DNA of 64,000 nt, taken from the NCBI GenBank assembly GCA_963705105.1, contig CAVPIW010000005.1:96001-160000 (forward strand), read 5' to 3'. The translations under genes and the position numbers were made by a program. The notes under the pieces are model-generated. The model worked only from the letters and a program-made list of their open reading frames with translations, was not told the DNA's origin and made no database searches. Positions 47,316-55,211 of the stretch are shown piece by piece (position 1 is the first letter of the stretch; every line of letters starts with the position of its first letter). This DNA is from an uncultured Nitrospiraceae bacterium (GTDB taxonomy: Bacteria; Nitrospirota; Thermodesulfovibrionia; Thermodesulfovibrionales; Dissulfurispiraceae).

Positions 47316-47773
47316 TGAAGTGTCCGTTCTGCGGGGCCGTCAAGGATAAAGTCATCGACTCCCGGGCCGGCAAGGAGGGCGACGTCATCAGGAGACGACG
47401 GTCCTGCCTCCAGTGCGGTCAGCGGTTCACCTCCTATGAGCGGGTCGAAGACCCGATGCCCCTTGTGGTCAAGAAAGACGGGAACAGGGAGTTCTTCGAC
47501 AGGCACAAGATCCTGACGGGACTGAAGAAGGCCTGCGAAAAGAGACCCGTCTCGATGTCGAAACTCGAAGAAATCGAAAGCGGCATCGAAAAGAAGCTCG
47601 TCAACCTCGGGGTAAAGGAGATCGACAGCTCCTGGATCGGCGAGGAGATCATGGCTGCGCTCAAGGACCTCGACAAGGTGGCCTATGTGCGGTTCGCCTC
47701 TGTGTACCGGCAGTTCAAGGACATCAACGATTTCATGGAAGAGGTGAAGACCCTCTTCGACGACGCGAAGTGA
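47315..47773 (+). CDS. nrdR: Transcriptional repressor NrdR
   Basis: MKCPFC, VIDSR, RRRRSC..C..RFTSYE, ATP cone, AYVRFASVY. Confidence 0.96.
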   Translation: MKCPFCGAVKDKVIDSRAGKEGDVIRRRRSCLQCGQRFTSYERVEDPMPLVVKKDGNREFFDRHKILTGLKKACEKRPVSMSKLEEIESGIEKKLVNLGVKEIDSSWIGEEIMAALKDLDKVAYVRFASVYRQFKDINDFMEEVKTLFDDAK

Positions 47774-47834
47774 CGGTCTGACTTGAAATCTTTTGACCGT
47801 TTGTTTTTAAATAGAAGTTGTTGTTTTTTCCTGT

Positions 47835-47908
47835 TGGGGAGTCGTCCAATGGCAGGACGGCAGACTCTGGATCTGCTTATAGGGGTTCGAATCCTCTCTC
47901 CCCAGCCA
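47835..47908 (+). tRNA. tRNA-Gln (CTG)
   Basis: TGGGGAG...GCAGA-CTCTGGA-TCTGC...GGTTCGAATCC...CTCCCCAGCCA. Confidence 0.96.
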
Positions 47909-47929
47909 TTCGAGCAAGTCGCCGTTGAC

Positions 47930-48005
47930 GGTCCCATCGTCTAGAGGCCCAGGACGTAGCCCTCTCAAGGCTAAAACACGGGTTCGAATCCCGTTGGGAC
48001 TACCA
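47930..48005 (+). tRNA. tRNA-Glu (CTC)
   Basis: GGTCCCA...TAGCC-CTCTCAA-GGCTA...GGTTCGAATCCC...TGGGACTACCA. Confidence 0.96.
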
Positions 48006-48099
48006 AATTATCTATTAATTACAATATTTTATAAGATCAGAGATTTCCCCTGTCCACTGCTGTAACCAAAATGTAACCCAAGAGGCCAAGTAACAACTA

Positions 48100-48146
48100 T
48101 GACGGACTCGTAAAAAGTCGTCATACCCGCGAAGGCGGGTAGCCAG
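48100..48146. mobile_element. Left half of the MITE seen intact at 3825-3959
   Basis: TGACGGACTCGTAAAAAGTCGTCATACCCGCGAAGGCGGGTA. Confidence 0.75.
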
Positions 48147-48276
48147 ACATTACACCCGCGGTTTTGCTATTCTTGATCAATTGCGGTCATATTTCCCGCA
48201 TGCCGAATCCCTTCTGATGGATCGCGATGATGCATGACATTGACAATACTGTAAATATACAATACACTTTTACATC

Positions 48277-49434
48277 ATGATAGAGAGATTGCTCAGTCTG
48301 CCTAAAGATAGATCCTTTTTCCTCTTTGGGCCGCGACAGACAGGCAAGACCACGCTGATAAACAAACTCTTTCAGGAGAAAGTATATAAGATCAATCTCC
48401 TGCTCTCCGATCAGTTCCTGAAGTATTCAAAAGACCCATCGCTGTTTCGAAAAGAAGTCCTTAATAAGGAGGACTCTATTACCCATGTGTTCATTGATGA
48501 GATACAGCGGGTCCCGGAACTGCTGAACGAAGTGCAGTATCTCATCGATACGACGTCGCTCCATTTTATTCTGTCCGGCTCAAGCGCACGAAAGCTGAAG
48601 CGGGGGTATGCAAACCTTTTGGGAGGAAGGGCTGTGCAGAGGTTCCTCCATCCCTTTCTGTGGCGGGAGGTTGCAGAGATGGCAACTCTCATGCATTTAC
48701 TGAGGTTCGGATCTCTCCCCCCGGTCTTCCTTGCAGAGACCGAGGCAGATAAAATCGACCTGCTCAGGTCATATGTTGATACCTATCTTCGTGAGGAGAT
48801 TCAGGCAGAGGGGATAGTCCGCCGGATAGGATCCTTTTCGCGGTTTCTAGATATGGCTGCAAGCCAGTTTGGCGAGATCGTCAACTATTCCTCTGTTGCC
48901 CGCGAGTGTCACCAGGCTGTAATGACGGTAAAATCCTATTATGAAATACTGACTGATACGCTCATAGGGTTTCTTCTTGAGCCGTGGAGAAAAAGCGTAA
49001 GAAAACGGCTTTCCGGACATCCCAAGTTCTATTATTTCGACAATGGTGTTACGAATATGATCAACCGGTATGACAGTGAGATTTCAGACCCCTATCTGCT
49101 GGGGAGGCTTTTCGAACAGCTTATCGTTGTCGAGACGCTCAAATGGATCAGACAATCGCAGAAAATGGCAAGCCTCTATTACTGGCGGACCAATGCAGGG
49201 GCAGAGGTGGATCTTCTTACAGAACATGCCGGAACACTGACCGGCGCATATGAAATCAAATGGTCCCGCACAATTGACACGGCACATCTTTCAGGACTGA
49301 AGTCTTTCCAGACAGACTATCCCGATGTGCCATGTCATGTTATCTGCAATGTGGATGAGCCGTACAGGCTCGGGAATATCCAGGTGATGAACTGGAAACA
49401 GTTCCTTCAGAGTCTGCCCGAGAGAATAAAATGA
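48277..49434 (+). CDS. AAA_14 ATPase with DUF4143 C-terminal domain
   Basis: GPRQTGKTT, FIDEIQ, SGSSAR, LLGGR, PKFYYFDNG, G.LFE, YYWRT..GAEVD, EIK. Confidence 0.88.
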   Translation: MIERLLSLPKDRSFFLFGPRQTGKTTLINKLFQEKVYKINLLLSDQFLKYSKDPSLFRKEVLNKEDSITHVFIDEIQRVPELLNEVQYLIDTTSLHFILSGSSARKLKRGYANLLGGRAVQRFLHPFLWREVAEMATLMHLLRFGSLPPVFLAETEADKIDLLRSYVDTYLREEIQAEGIVRRIGSFSRFLDMAASQFGEIVNYSSVARECHQAVMTVKSYYEILTDTLIGFLLEPWRKSVRKRLSGHPKFYYFDNGVTNMINRYDSEISDPYLLGRLFEQLIVVETLKWIRQSQKMASLYYWRTNAGAEVDLLTEHAGTLTGAYEIKWSRTIDTAHLSGLKSFQTDYPDVPCHVICNVDEPYRLGNIQVMNWKQFLQSLPERIK

Positions 49435-49541
49435 GGGTCGAGAAAGTGACACGCCGGCAGAAAGATCAGACTGGCATTGACAACTTTCTCGTCAGATAAC
49501 ATGATATTTAACGCCAGTATCGTCATATTTCGGGGCACGAC

Positions 49542-50250
49542 ATGGAATATATTGAGCGGCAGATTGATCTGAAGACCCTTTTGGAGAAGAAATCCTATTT
49601 TCTCCTCGGGCCGAGGCAGACGGGAAAGACCTCCCTCATCCGCCATGCCCTGCCAGACGCGCGTTATTATGATCTGCCCGACACATCCCTGTTTCTCACG
49701 CTCAGTCAGAATCCCGGCCGCATCGCACAGGAACTGACGAAGGCCGACAGGATCGTCTTCATCGACGAGATACAGCGGCTGCCGATGCTCCTCAACGAAG
49801 TCCACCGCCTTATTGAACAACAGAACCTTCGCTTCCTGCTCACCGGGTCGAGCGCGCGGAAGCTCCGGGCAAGGCGGCGTCAACCTGCTGGGAGGACGTG
49901 CGCAGGTACGGCATCTGCACCCTCTGACCTGTCGTGAGCTTGGTGAGTAGTTCGGCCTTCACAAGGTCATGGCTCGCGGGCTTTTGCCGTCAATTTACTT
50001 TTCCGAAGACCCGCGCGAAGATCTCCGGCCTCTATCTGCAACAGGAGATTGTTGCCGAGGGGGTGACGAGAAATGTACCTGCCTTCAGCCGCTTTCTGCG
50101 GACGGCGGCATTATGCAATGCGACGGTCGTCAACTTCACAAAGGTGGCGAGTGACGCCCAGGTCCCCCGGACAACGGTGTATGAATACTTTGACGTCCTG
50201 AAAGACACGCTTATACTCCATGAACTGCCGGCGTGGAAAACCCTGTCTTC
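49542..50250 (+). pseudogene. Second AAA_14/DUF4143 ATPase, frameshifted and truncated
   Basis: GPRQTGKT, FIDEIQ, TGSSARKL, then frame breaks near 49870 and 50030; ends at the MITE right half. Confidence 0.8.
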
Positions 50251-50255
50251 CGCCG

Positions 50256-50327
50256 TGAAAGGACTGGATTCCCGTCTGCACGAGAATGACGGACAAGCCC
50301 TTTACAGGACTTTTTACGAGGCTGTCA
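50256..50327. mobile_element. Right half of the MITE seen intact at 3825-3959
   Basis: GGACTGGATTCCCGTCTGCACGAGAATGACGGACAAGCCCTTTACAGGACTTTTTACGAGGCTGTCA. Confidence 0.8.
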
Positions 50328-50411
50328 ACCTTGCAAATTGAAAGGGCATGTTTTAATGTTCAATAATGAATGTGAAGCGCGTCATTGAATGCCCTCGGGG
50401 ACATCCGCTAC

Positions 50412-50510
50412 AAAAAGGGGTTCGTCGTTTATCGCGGCGAGGAGTCCTATCCCTTTGGCAAGGGCGTGATCACCGTCCCGGTCGGCAATCTCTCGGTTAT
50501 CTGGGAGTGA
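50412..50510 (+). pseudogene. Isolated C-terminal fragment of a DUF4143-type ATPase
   Basis: Translates as KKGFVVYRGEESYPFGKGVITVPVGNLSVIWE*, resembling DUF4143 protein ends. Confidence 0.5.
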
Positions 50511-50524
50511 CGGTGGACAGACGT

Positions 50525-50870
50525 CTATTGATCGCTTGGAGCCGAATCCCGTTTCTTGCGCGCATGCCGTCGAAACCAGTCGACGAGGCCGTTGAAAGCT
50601 CTTTTTCCTGTAGCCGCCTCTAATGCGAATCTCTCCAACTCCGTTTGTGTGGTTTCCAGTTTGTACCCGTTCATTTCGAGGAAAATCGCCGCTGATGTAA
50701 CAGCGGTCCGTTTGTTTCCGTCAACAAAGGGATGATTCCTGACAAGAGATTCCATGAGTGCGGCAGCCTTGTCATGAATGTCCGGATAGAGATCTTTGCC
50801 CTCGAATGTGGCCCTCGGCCTGGCGACTGCGGATTGAAGAAGACCGACATCACGAACGCCGTGAGCCCCG
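50525..50870 (-). pseudogene. Doc/Fic-family toxin, 5'-truncated
   Basis: 'HGVRDVGLLQSAVARP..TFEG.DLYP...KAAAL..SLVRNHPFVDGNKRTA'; start region replaced by a repeat end; no Phd antitoxin seen. Confidence 0.8.
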
Positions 50871-50893
50871 CCTTTTCATGCAACCACAGGGTA
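50865..50893 (+). repeat. Right end only of the ~200-bp repeat family
   Basis: GCCCCGCCTTTTCATGCAACCACAGGGT. Confidence 0.7.
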
Positions 50894-50901
50894 TAGTTTT
50901 T

Positions 50902-52143
50902 TTAGACTGACGGATTGACCGTCAGGATCCTGCTAACAATGTCCGGATAGCGCGCGATCAGCCTGAGCTCGTCGTCGGTCAACGGCTTCTGAAGGTGCAT
51001 GTTCGCATGCTGGACAAGGTTCAGCACGGACCTGGCCTCACTGTCGTTGCGAAAACGGATGCCGAGCTTGTCATAGACGTGCCTGAAGCCCTTGATCCCC
51101 CCGTATTCACCGGTCGTGATGACACGGCCCGTTTCGATCATATCCGGCTCTCCCCTGCCGACTTCCGCAGGCTCGTATAATTCGTAGCTCCTCCATTCCT
51201 TGAGAGCGCCGTCCACATGGATACCTGACTCATGGGCAAAGGCGTTGGCGCCCACACCGGGCTGGTTGACCGGCAGCGGCAGACCGAAGGCATATGACGC
51301 ATACCTGGCCGTCTTCCACGCCTTTGTCAGGTCCACATGGTCGTCGCAACTCATTTTCGCTGCAAGACTTGGGGAAAACTTCAATGCCAGCATGGCGGAG
51401 ACGAGATCGCAGTTTCCGCAGCGCTCGCCGTACCCGTTGATCGTCGTGTTGATGGCGCAGTCGACACCTGACTCGACCGCTCCCTGAGCGCCCGCGATCG
51501 ACAGGGCTACCGCCATGCCGAGGTCGTTGTGACAGTGCATCTCGGCGGGAAGCCCCGTCGCCGCGCAGAGCTCCTTTATCCGGTCGTGGACCGTCAGGGG
51601 TTCTTCTGTGCCGATAGTGTCACAGTACCTTATGCGGTCGGCACCGGCCTCTTTCCCCGCTAAAGCGAATTCGATTAGCCGTCCCATGTCCGTGCGTGAT
51701 GCGTCCTCCGCATTGATCCCGACGGTCCCGGCCCCGAGGCGGCGCGCCAGGGCGACGGCATCGGTCATGGATTTCACGATCTCATCCCACCGCTTTTTTC
51801 CCCTGAACTTCCCCGCAATCATGATGTCCGATGTCGACACCGAGAGGTTCAGGTGCCTGATGCCGGGACAGTTCCCGAACGTCGTCTCTATGTCTTCGAC
51901 GATGCCCCTGCACCACCCCCCGAGCCGTATTCTTCTGAAGGCCCCCGCCTTTTCGAGTTCAAGGTTCGCGTTTATATAGTTCACCTCATGACGGAGGGTC
52001 GGGAACCCGATCTCGCTCTGGAAGACGCCCATCTCGTCGAGATAGAGGTTTATCATCGTTTTCGCGAGCTTCGGCAGCAGGATGCGCGAGGCCTGGACCC
52101 CGTCCCGGTTCGTCACGTCGATGAAATGCACCGGAATACTCAT
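50902..52143 (-). CDS. nifV: Homocitrate synthase (DRE-TIM family)
   Basis: DVTNRDGVQ, EDASR, HCHNDLGMA, GERCGN, FAHESGIHVDG; last gene of the nif cluster. Confidence 0.8.
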   Translation of the reverse strand: MSIPVHFIDVTNRDGVQASRILLPKLAKTMINLYLDEMGVFQSEIGFPTLRHEVNYINANLELEKAGAFRRIRLGGWCRGIVEDIETTFGNCPGIRHLNLSVSTSDIMIAGKFRGKKRWDEIVKSMTDAVALARRLGAGTVGINAEDASRTDMGRLIEFALAGKEAGADRIRYCDTIGTEEPLTVHDRIKELCAATGLPAEMHCHNDLGMAVALSIAGAQGAVESGVDCAINTTINGYGERCGNCDLVSAMLALKFSPSLAAKMSCDDHVDLTKAWKTARYASYAFGLPLPVNQPGVGANAFAHESGIHVDGALKEWRSYELYEPAEVGRGEPDMIETGRVITTGEYGGIKGFRHVYDKLGIRFRNDSEARSVLNLVQHANMHLQKPLTDDELRLIARYPDIVSRILTVNPSV

Positions 52144-52160
52144 GGTTTCCTCAGAGCGAG

Positions 52161-53051
52161 TCAGACCATCTCGCAGTATTCTTCCCCGATGCGGGCGTTC
52201 AGTACCTCGAGCTCCATGTCCCTGTCCTCTCCGAGGACGCCGAACGCATCGGCCCTGCACTGCTTGCAGTGTGTCATCTGCTCGATATAGGGAGAGCATT
52301 CCCCGCGGATTTTCGCGATCATCTCCCTCGAAGGCCGCTGCAGGGACTCGAATTCAGCCTGCGGAATGAGAGGGATGATGTTCTGAATGTCGGCGCCCTG
52401 GCTCCCTGCAAGCCGGGCGATGAGAGGCATCTCGGCATCGTTGACCCCCGGTATATAAACCGTATTGATTTTTACCATGAAGCCGGCGTCTACGGCATTC
52501 ACGAGTCCTCTCTGCTGGTTGGCCACGATCTGGGCGGCCGCGTCTGCGCCCCGGAGGACCCTTCCGCGGTACTGCACCCAGGAGTATATCCTTTCCGCCA
52601 CCTCAGGGGCCAGGGCATTGATCGTTATCGTGACGCTCCTGACGCCGGCCTCCATGAGGTCCCCGATCCTGTCCGGAAGGGACAGGCCGTTCGTGGAGAC
52701 GCAGAGCGTCAGGTCGGGGAATTCACGGTTGATTTGTTTCAGCGTTTTGAACGCTGCATCATTGGCGAGAACGTCTCCGGGACCCGCAATGCCTATGACC
52801 GAGAGGTTCTCGTTTCTTTCGACGACGGCACGCACGCGCTCCAGCGCCTCCGAGGGGGAAAGCACCCTGCTGGTGATGCCCGGCCTCGATTCGTTTGCGC
52901 AGTCGTACTTGCGGATGCAGTAGCGGCACTGGATGTTGCAGGCCGGCGCCACCGGCAGGTGAATGCGTCCGAACCTGTGATGGGCCTCCTTCGAAAAACA
53001 GGGATGGGTCTTCCGTATGTCCTTCTCCCTGAACAGCGGCAGTTTCATCAT
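52161..53051 (-). CDS. nifB: NifB, stand-alone radical SAM domain
   Basis: HPC, CNIQCRYC, NESRPG, AGPGD, STNG, HCKQCRADA; no C-terminal NifX-like domain. Confidence 0.92.
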   Translation of the reverse strand: MMKLPLFREKDIRKTHPCFSKEAHHRFGRIHLPVAPACNIQCRYCIRKYDCANESRPGITSRVLSPSEALERVRAVVERNENLSVIGIAGPGDVLANDAAFKTLKQINREFPDLTLCVSTNGLSLPDRIGDLMEAGVRSVTITINALAPEVAERIYSWVQYRGRVLRGADAAAQIVANQQRGLVNAVDAGFMVKINTVYIPGVNDAEMPLIARLAGSQGADIQNIIPLIPQAEFESLQRPSREMIAKIRGECSPYIEQMTHCKQCRADAFGVLGEDRDMELEVLNARIGEEYCEMV

Positions 53052-53080
53052 CGATTGTCCCTCTCTTTCACGTGATTACG

Positions 53081-53275
53081 CCCTCCGGAAAAGCGGGGCG
53101 AAGATGCCGAAAAGAATTGGTGCTGCGAAACCTTTGCCTTCCCATAAGGGTCATGTCAGTCCAATGGTTGATGAAAGGTCGGATGGAATCCCGAACTTCC
53201 AATTTTAATGATCATTCTCACTATCAGCAAAGCTTTGAAGCACTTTGCCCCGCTTTTTCGTGTAACTGACAAGGC
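53081..53275 (+). repeat. ~200-bp palindromic repeat family, subtype B
   Basis: GGAAAAGCGGGGCGAAGATGCCGAAAAG..GGTGCTGCGAAACC...CTTTGCCCCGCTTTTTC. Confidence 0.85.
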
Positions 53276-53279
53276 GGCC

Positions 53280-53555
53280 TTAGAGCTCTATGTGCATCTG
53301 GCAGCGTCTTGTGCACGTCCTGGCGCAGGCCTCGCAGCCGATGCAGTTGTCCGGGTTGGCAACGGACATGACCTTGTTGCCCATGTCGTCACCGTATTCG
53401 TCCTCACCCTGGAAGGGCTTTTCGATCAGTTCGAGCACCTCCCTGCTGCAGACCTTGTAGCAGCGGCCGCAGCCTATGCATTTCACCACGTCTATCGACT
53501 CTATGAACCGGGGCGTCCATGCCTGCCCGCCCCGCGTATAGGCTAACACTGACAT
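53280..53555 (-). CDS. fdxB: nif-specific ferredoxin III (2x[4Fe-4S])
   Basis: T..G..WTP, CIGCGRCYKVC, CIGCEACARTC. Confidence 0.85.
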   Translation of the reverse strand: MSVLAYTRGGQAWTPRFIESIDVVKCIGCGRCYKVCSREVLELIEKPFQGEDEYGDDMGNKVMSVANPDNCIGCEACARTCTRRCQMHIEL

Positions 53556-53598
53556 AACCGTTCCTCCTTGTATTTCCCCCAATATTTCAACCACCATC

Positions 53599-53816
53599 GA
53601 AAGAGGCGGGGTGTATGCGCCGAAAAGCCCTGGTGCGGCGACACCTTTACCGTCACAAAAGACGGCGTTTCAAGACATTGGTCGATCACACAGAGAGTGG
53701 AATCCTGCAGGGGCCGTTCCCCGAACGGCCCGACATTAAGGCTGCTGACACGGACACTCACACTGACACTGTCTTTCAGAGCGCTTCGCCCCGCCTTTTC
53801 ATGCGCCTGCAAGGCT
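53599..53816 (+). repeat. ~200-bp palindromic repeat family, subtype A
   Basis: GAGGCGGGGTGTATGCGCCGAAAAG...GACACTCACACTGACACT...CTTCGCCCCGCCTTTTCATGC; internal GGGCCGTTC/GAACGGCCC hairpin. Confidence 0.85.
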
Positions 53817-54235
53817 CATGCGATCGCCTCTCCGTTCGTCTCACCCGTCCGCACGCGCATCGCCCACTCGATGGGGCTGACGAATATCTTCCCGTCGCCG
53901 GTCTTGCCGGTCTGGTTGACTTTGATGATCGACTTGACGATCTTCGTGACGAGATCATCGGGGACCACCATCGTCAGCATGCGTTTCGGCACGAAGAGGG
54001 CCACCTTCGGCAGAGAGTGCTCCAGCGCATATTTGGACGGCGTCGGCGTCAGCTTGACGGAGGTGCAGAACTTCTCCGGCAGCTCGGGATCGAGGTCGTT
54101 GTCGCACACCATGCCCTTCTGCTTTCCCCTGCCGTCGACGCTCTGGATCGTGAGAGAGGGAAAGCCGAGTTCCTCCAGGACCTTCTTTGTTTCCGGCAGC
54201 TTGTCTCTCCTGATAATCGCGGTGATCTCCTTCAT
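53816..54235 (-). CDS. nifI2: PII-like nitrogenase regulator NifI2
   Basis: MKEI.AIIR..K...TK..L, GRGK, long T-loop, PKRML, NQTG..GDGKIFV. Confidence 0.85.
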   Translation of the reverse strand: MKEITAIIRRDKLPETKKVLEELGFPSLTIQSVDGRGKQKGMVCDNDLDPELPEKFCTSVKLTPTPSKYALEHSLPKVALFVPKRMLTMVVPDDLVTKIVKSIIKVNQTGKTGDGKIFVSPIEWAMRVRTGETNGEAIA

Positions 54236-54549
54236 AGCACCGCCTCCCCCGTTCGTATGGTATAGGATGTCTCGACGGGGCTGATGAATATCTTGCCGTC
54301 ACCCACAAACCCCGTCCTGGACTTGTCCATCATGATCTTTACGATCCTGTCGACGTCCCCGTCATTGACGACCATCATGACCAGCATCTTGGGCAGTTCG
54401 TCGTAATGGACGGGCCCGACCTGCAATCCCTTCTGCTTTCCCCTTCCGAAAACAGGCATCTTGGTGAGTGACGGGAAGCCCGCGCCCTCCAGCGCCTGCA
54501 CGACCTCCTGTTCCTTTTCCGGTCTTATGAATGCCCTGATCATCTTCAT
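54232..54549 (-). CDS. nifI1: PII-like nitrogenase regulator NifI1
   Basis: MKMIRA.IRPEK, GRGKQKG.....V.YDELPK, GDGKIF; 105 aa. Confidence 0.88.
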   Translation of the reverse strand: MKMIRAFIRPEKEQEVVQALEGAGFPSLTKMPVFGRGKQKGLQVGPVHYDELPKMLVMMVVNDGDVDRIVKIMMDKSRTGFVGDGKIFISPVETSYTIRTGEAVL

Positions 54550-54599
54550 CGTTGTTGCCTCCCTCTATTGGTATCTGTGTTGGTGCCGTCCGACACTGT

Positions 54600-54817
54600 T
54601 AACCTAAACGTTACAATCTGACCGTCGGAATGGCGGGGCGAAGATGCCGAAAAGCCCTGGTGCTGCGAAACCTATGCCTTCCCCTGCGGATCACCTCAGG
54701 CGGTCGGTTGTTGATACGCATGATGGAATACGGAATTTCCAATTTAAAAATGATCGTTCTTGCTGTCAGCAAGGCTTTGAGGCACTTTGTCTCGCCATTT
54801 CATTCAACTACAAGGCT
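54600..54817 (+). repeat. ~200-bp palindromic repeat family, subtype B
   Basis: TAACCTAAACGTTACA...GGCGGGGCGAAGATGCCGAAAAGCCCTGGTGCTGCGAAACC...TCAACTACAAGGCT. Confidence 0.85.
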
Positions 54818-55211
54818 AATCGTTCATGAGCGCCTTTTTGAGCCACGGCGGCGGAGATTTCCTAATAGTGTCCAGAAGGCTTGCCAGCGAGTCCTCGATG
54901 GACACGACCTCCTTCACCTTGATCGGCATCATCCCCTTGCGCACGAGGCGCGCCGCCGAGGGACCTCCTATCTCGGTCAGGTAGACGATCCTGCAATCAG
55001 CCAGACTGTCCACCTTGTCCTGCACGCGGTCGTCGTGCACCCGGCCCATCCCCTTCGTCTCCACGATCGCCTGGTCCACGCCGTCGGCAAACGTGCGCAT
55101 CTCGACGAAACGGTACCCGTTGGTGTTCATTTCATAGACGGCGAACCTGCCCGCCCTGCCGAAGTGTTCGTCGACGGATGTCCCGTCTGTCGTTGCAAAC
55201 GCCACTTTCAT
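54816..55211 (-). CDS. nifX: NifX
   Basis: MKVAFATTD...VDEHFGRA, IGGPSAARLV, PPPWLKKA; TGATG overlap with nifEN. Confidence 0.9.
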   Translation of the reverse strand: MKVAFATTDGTSVDEHFGRAGRFAVYEMNTNGYRFVEMRTFADGVDQAIVETKGMGRVHDDRVQDKVDSLADCRIVYLTEIGGPSAARLVRKGMMPIKVKEVVSIEDSLASLLDTIRKSPPPWLKKALMND

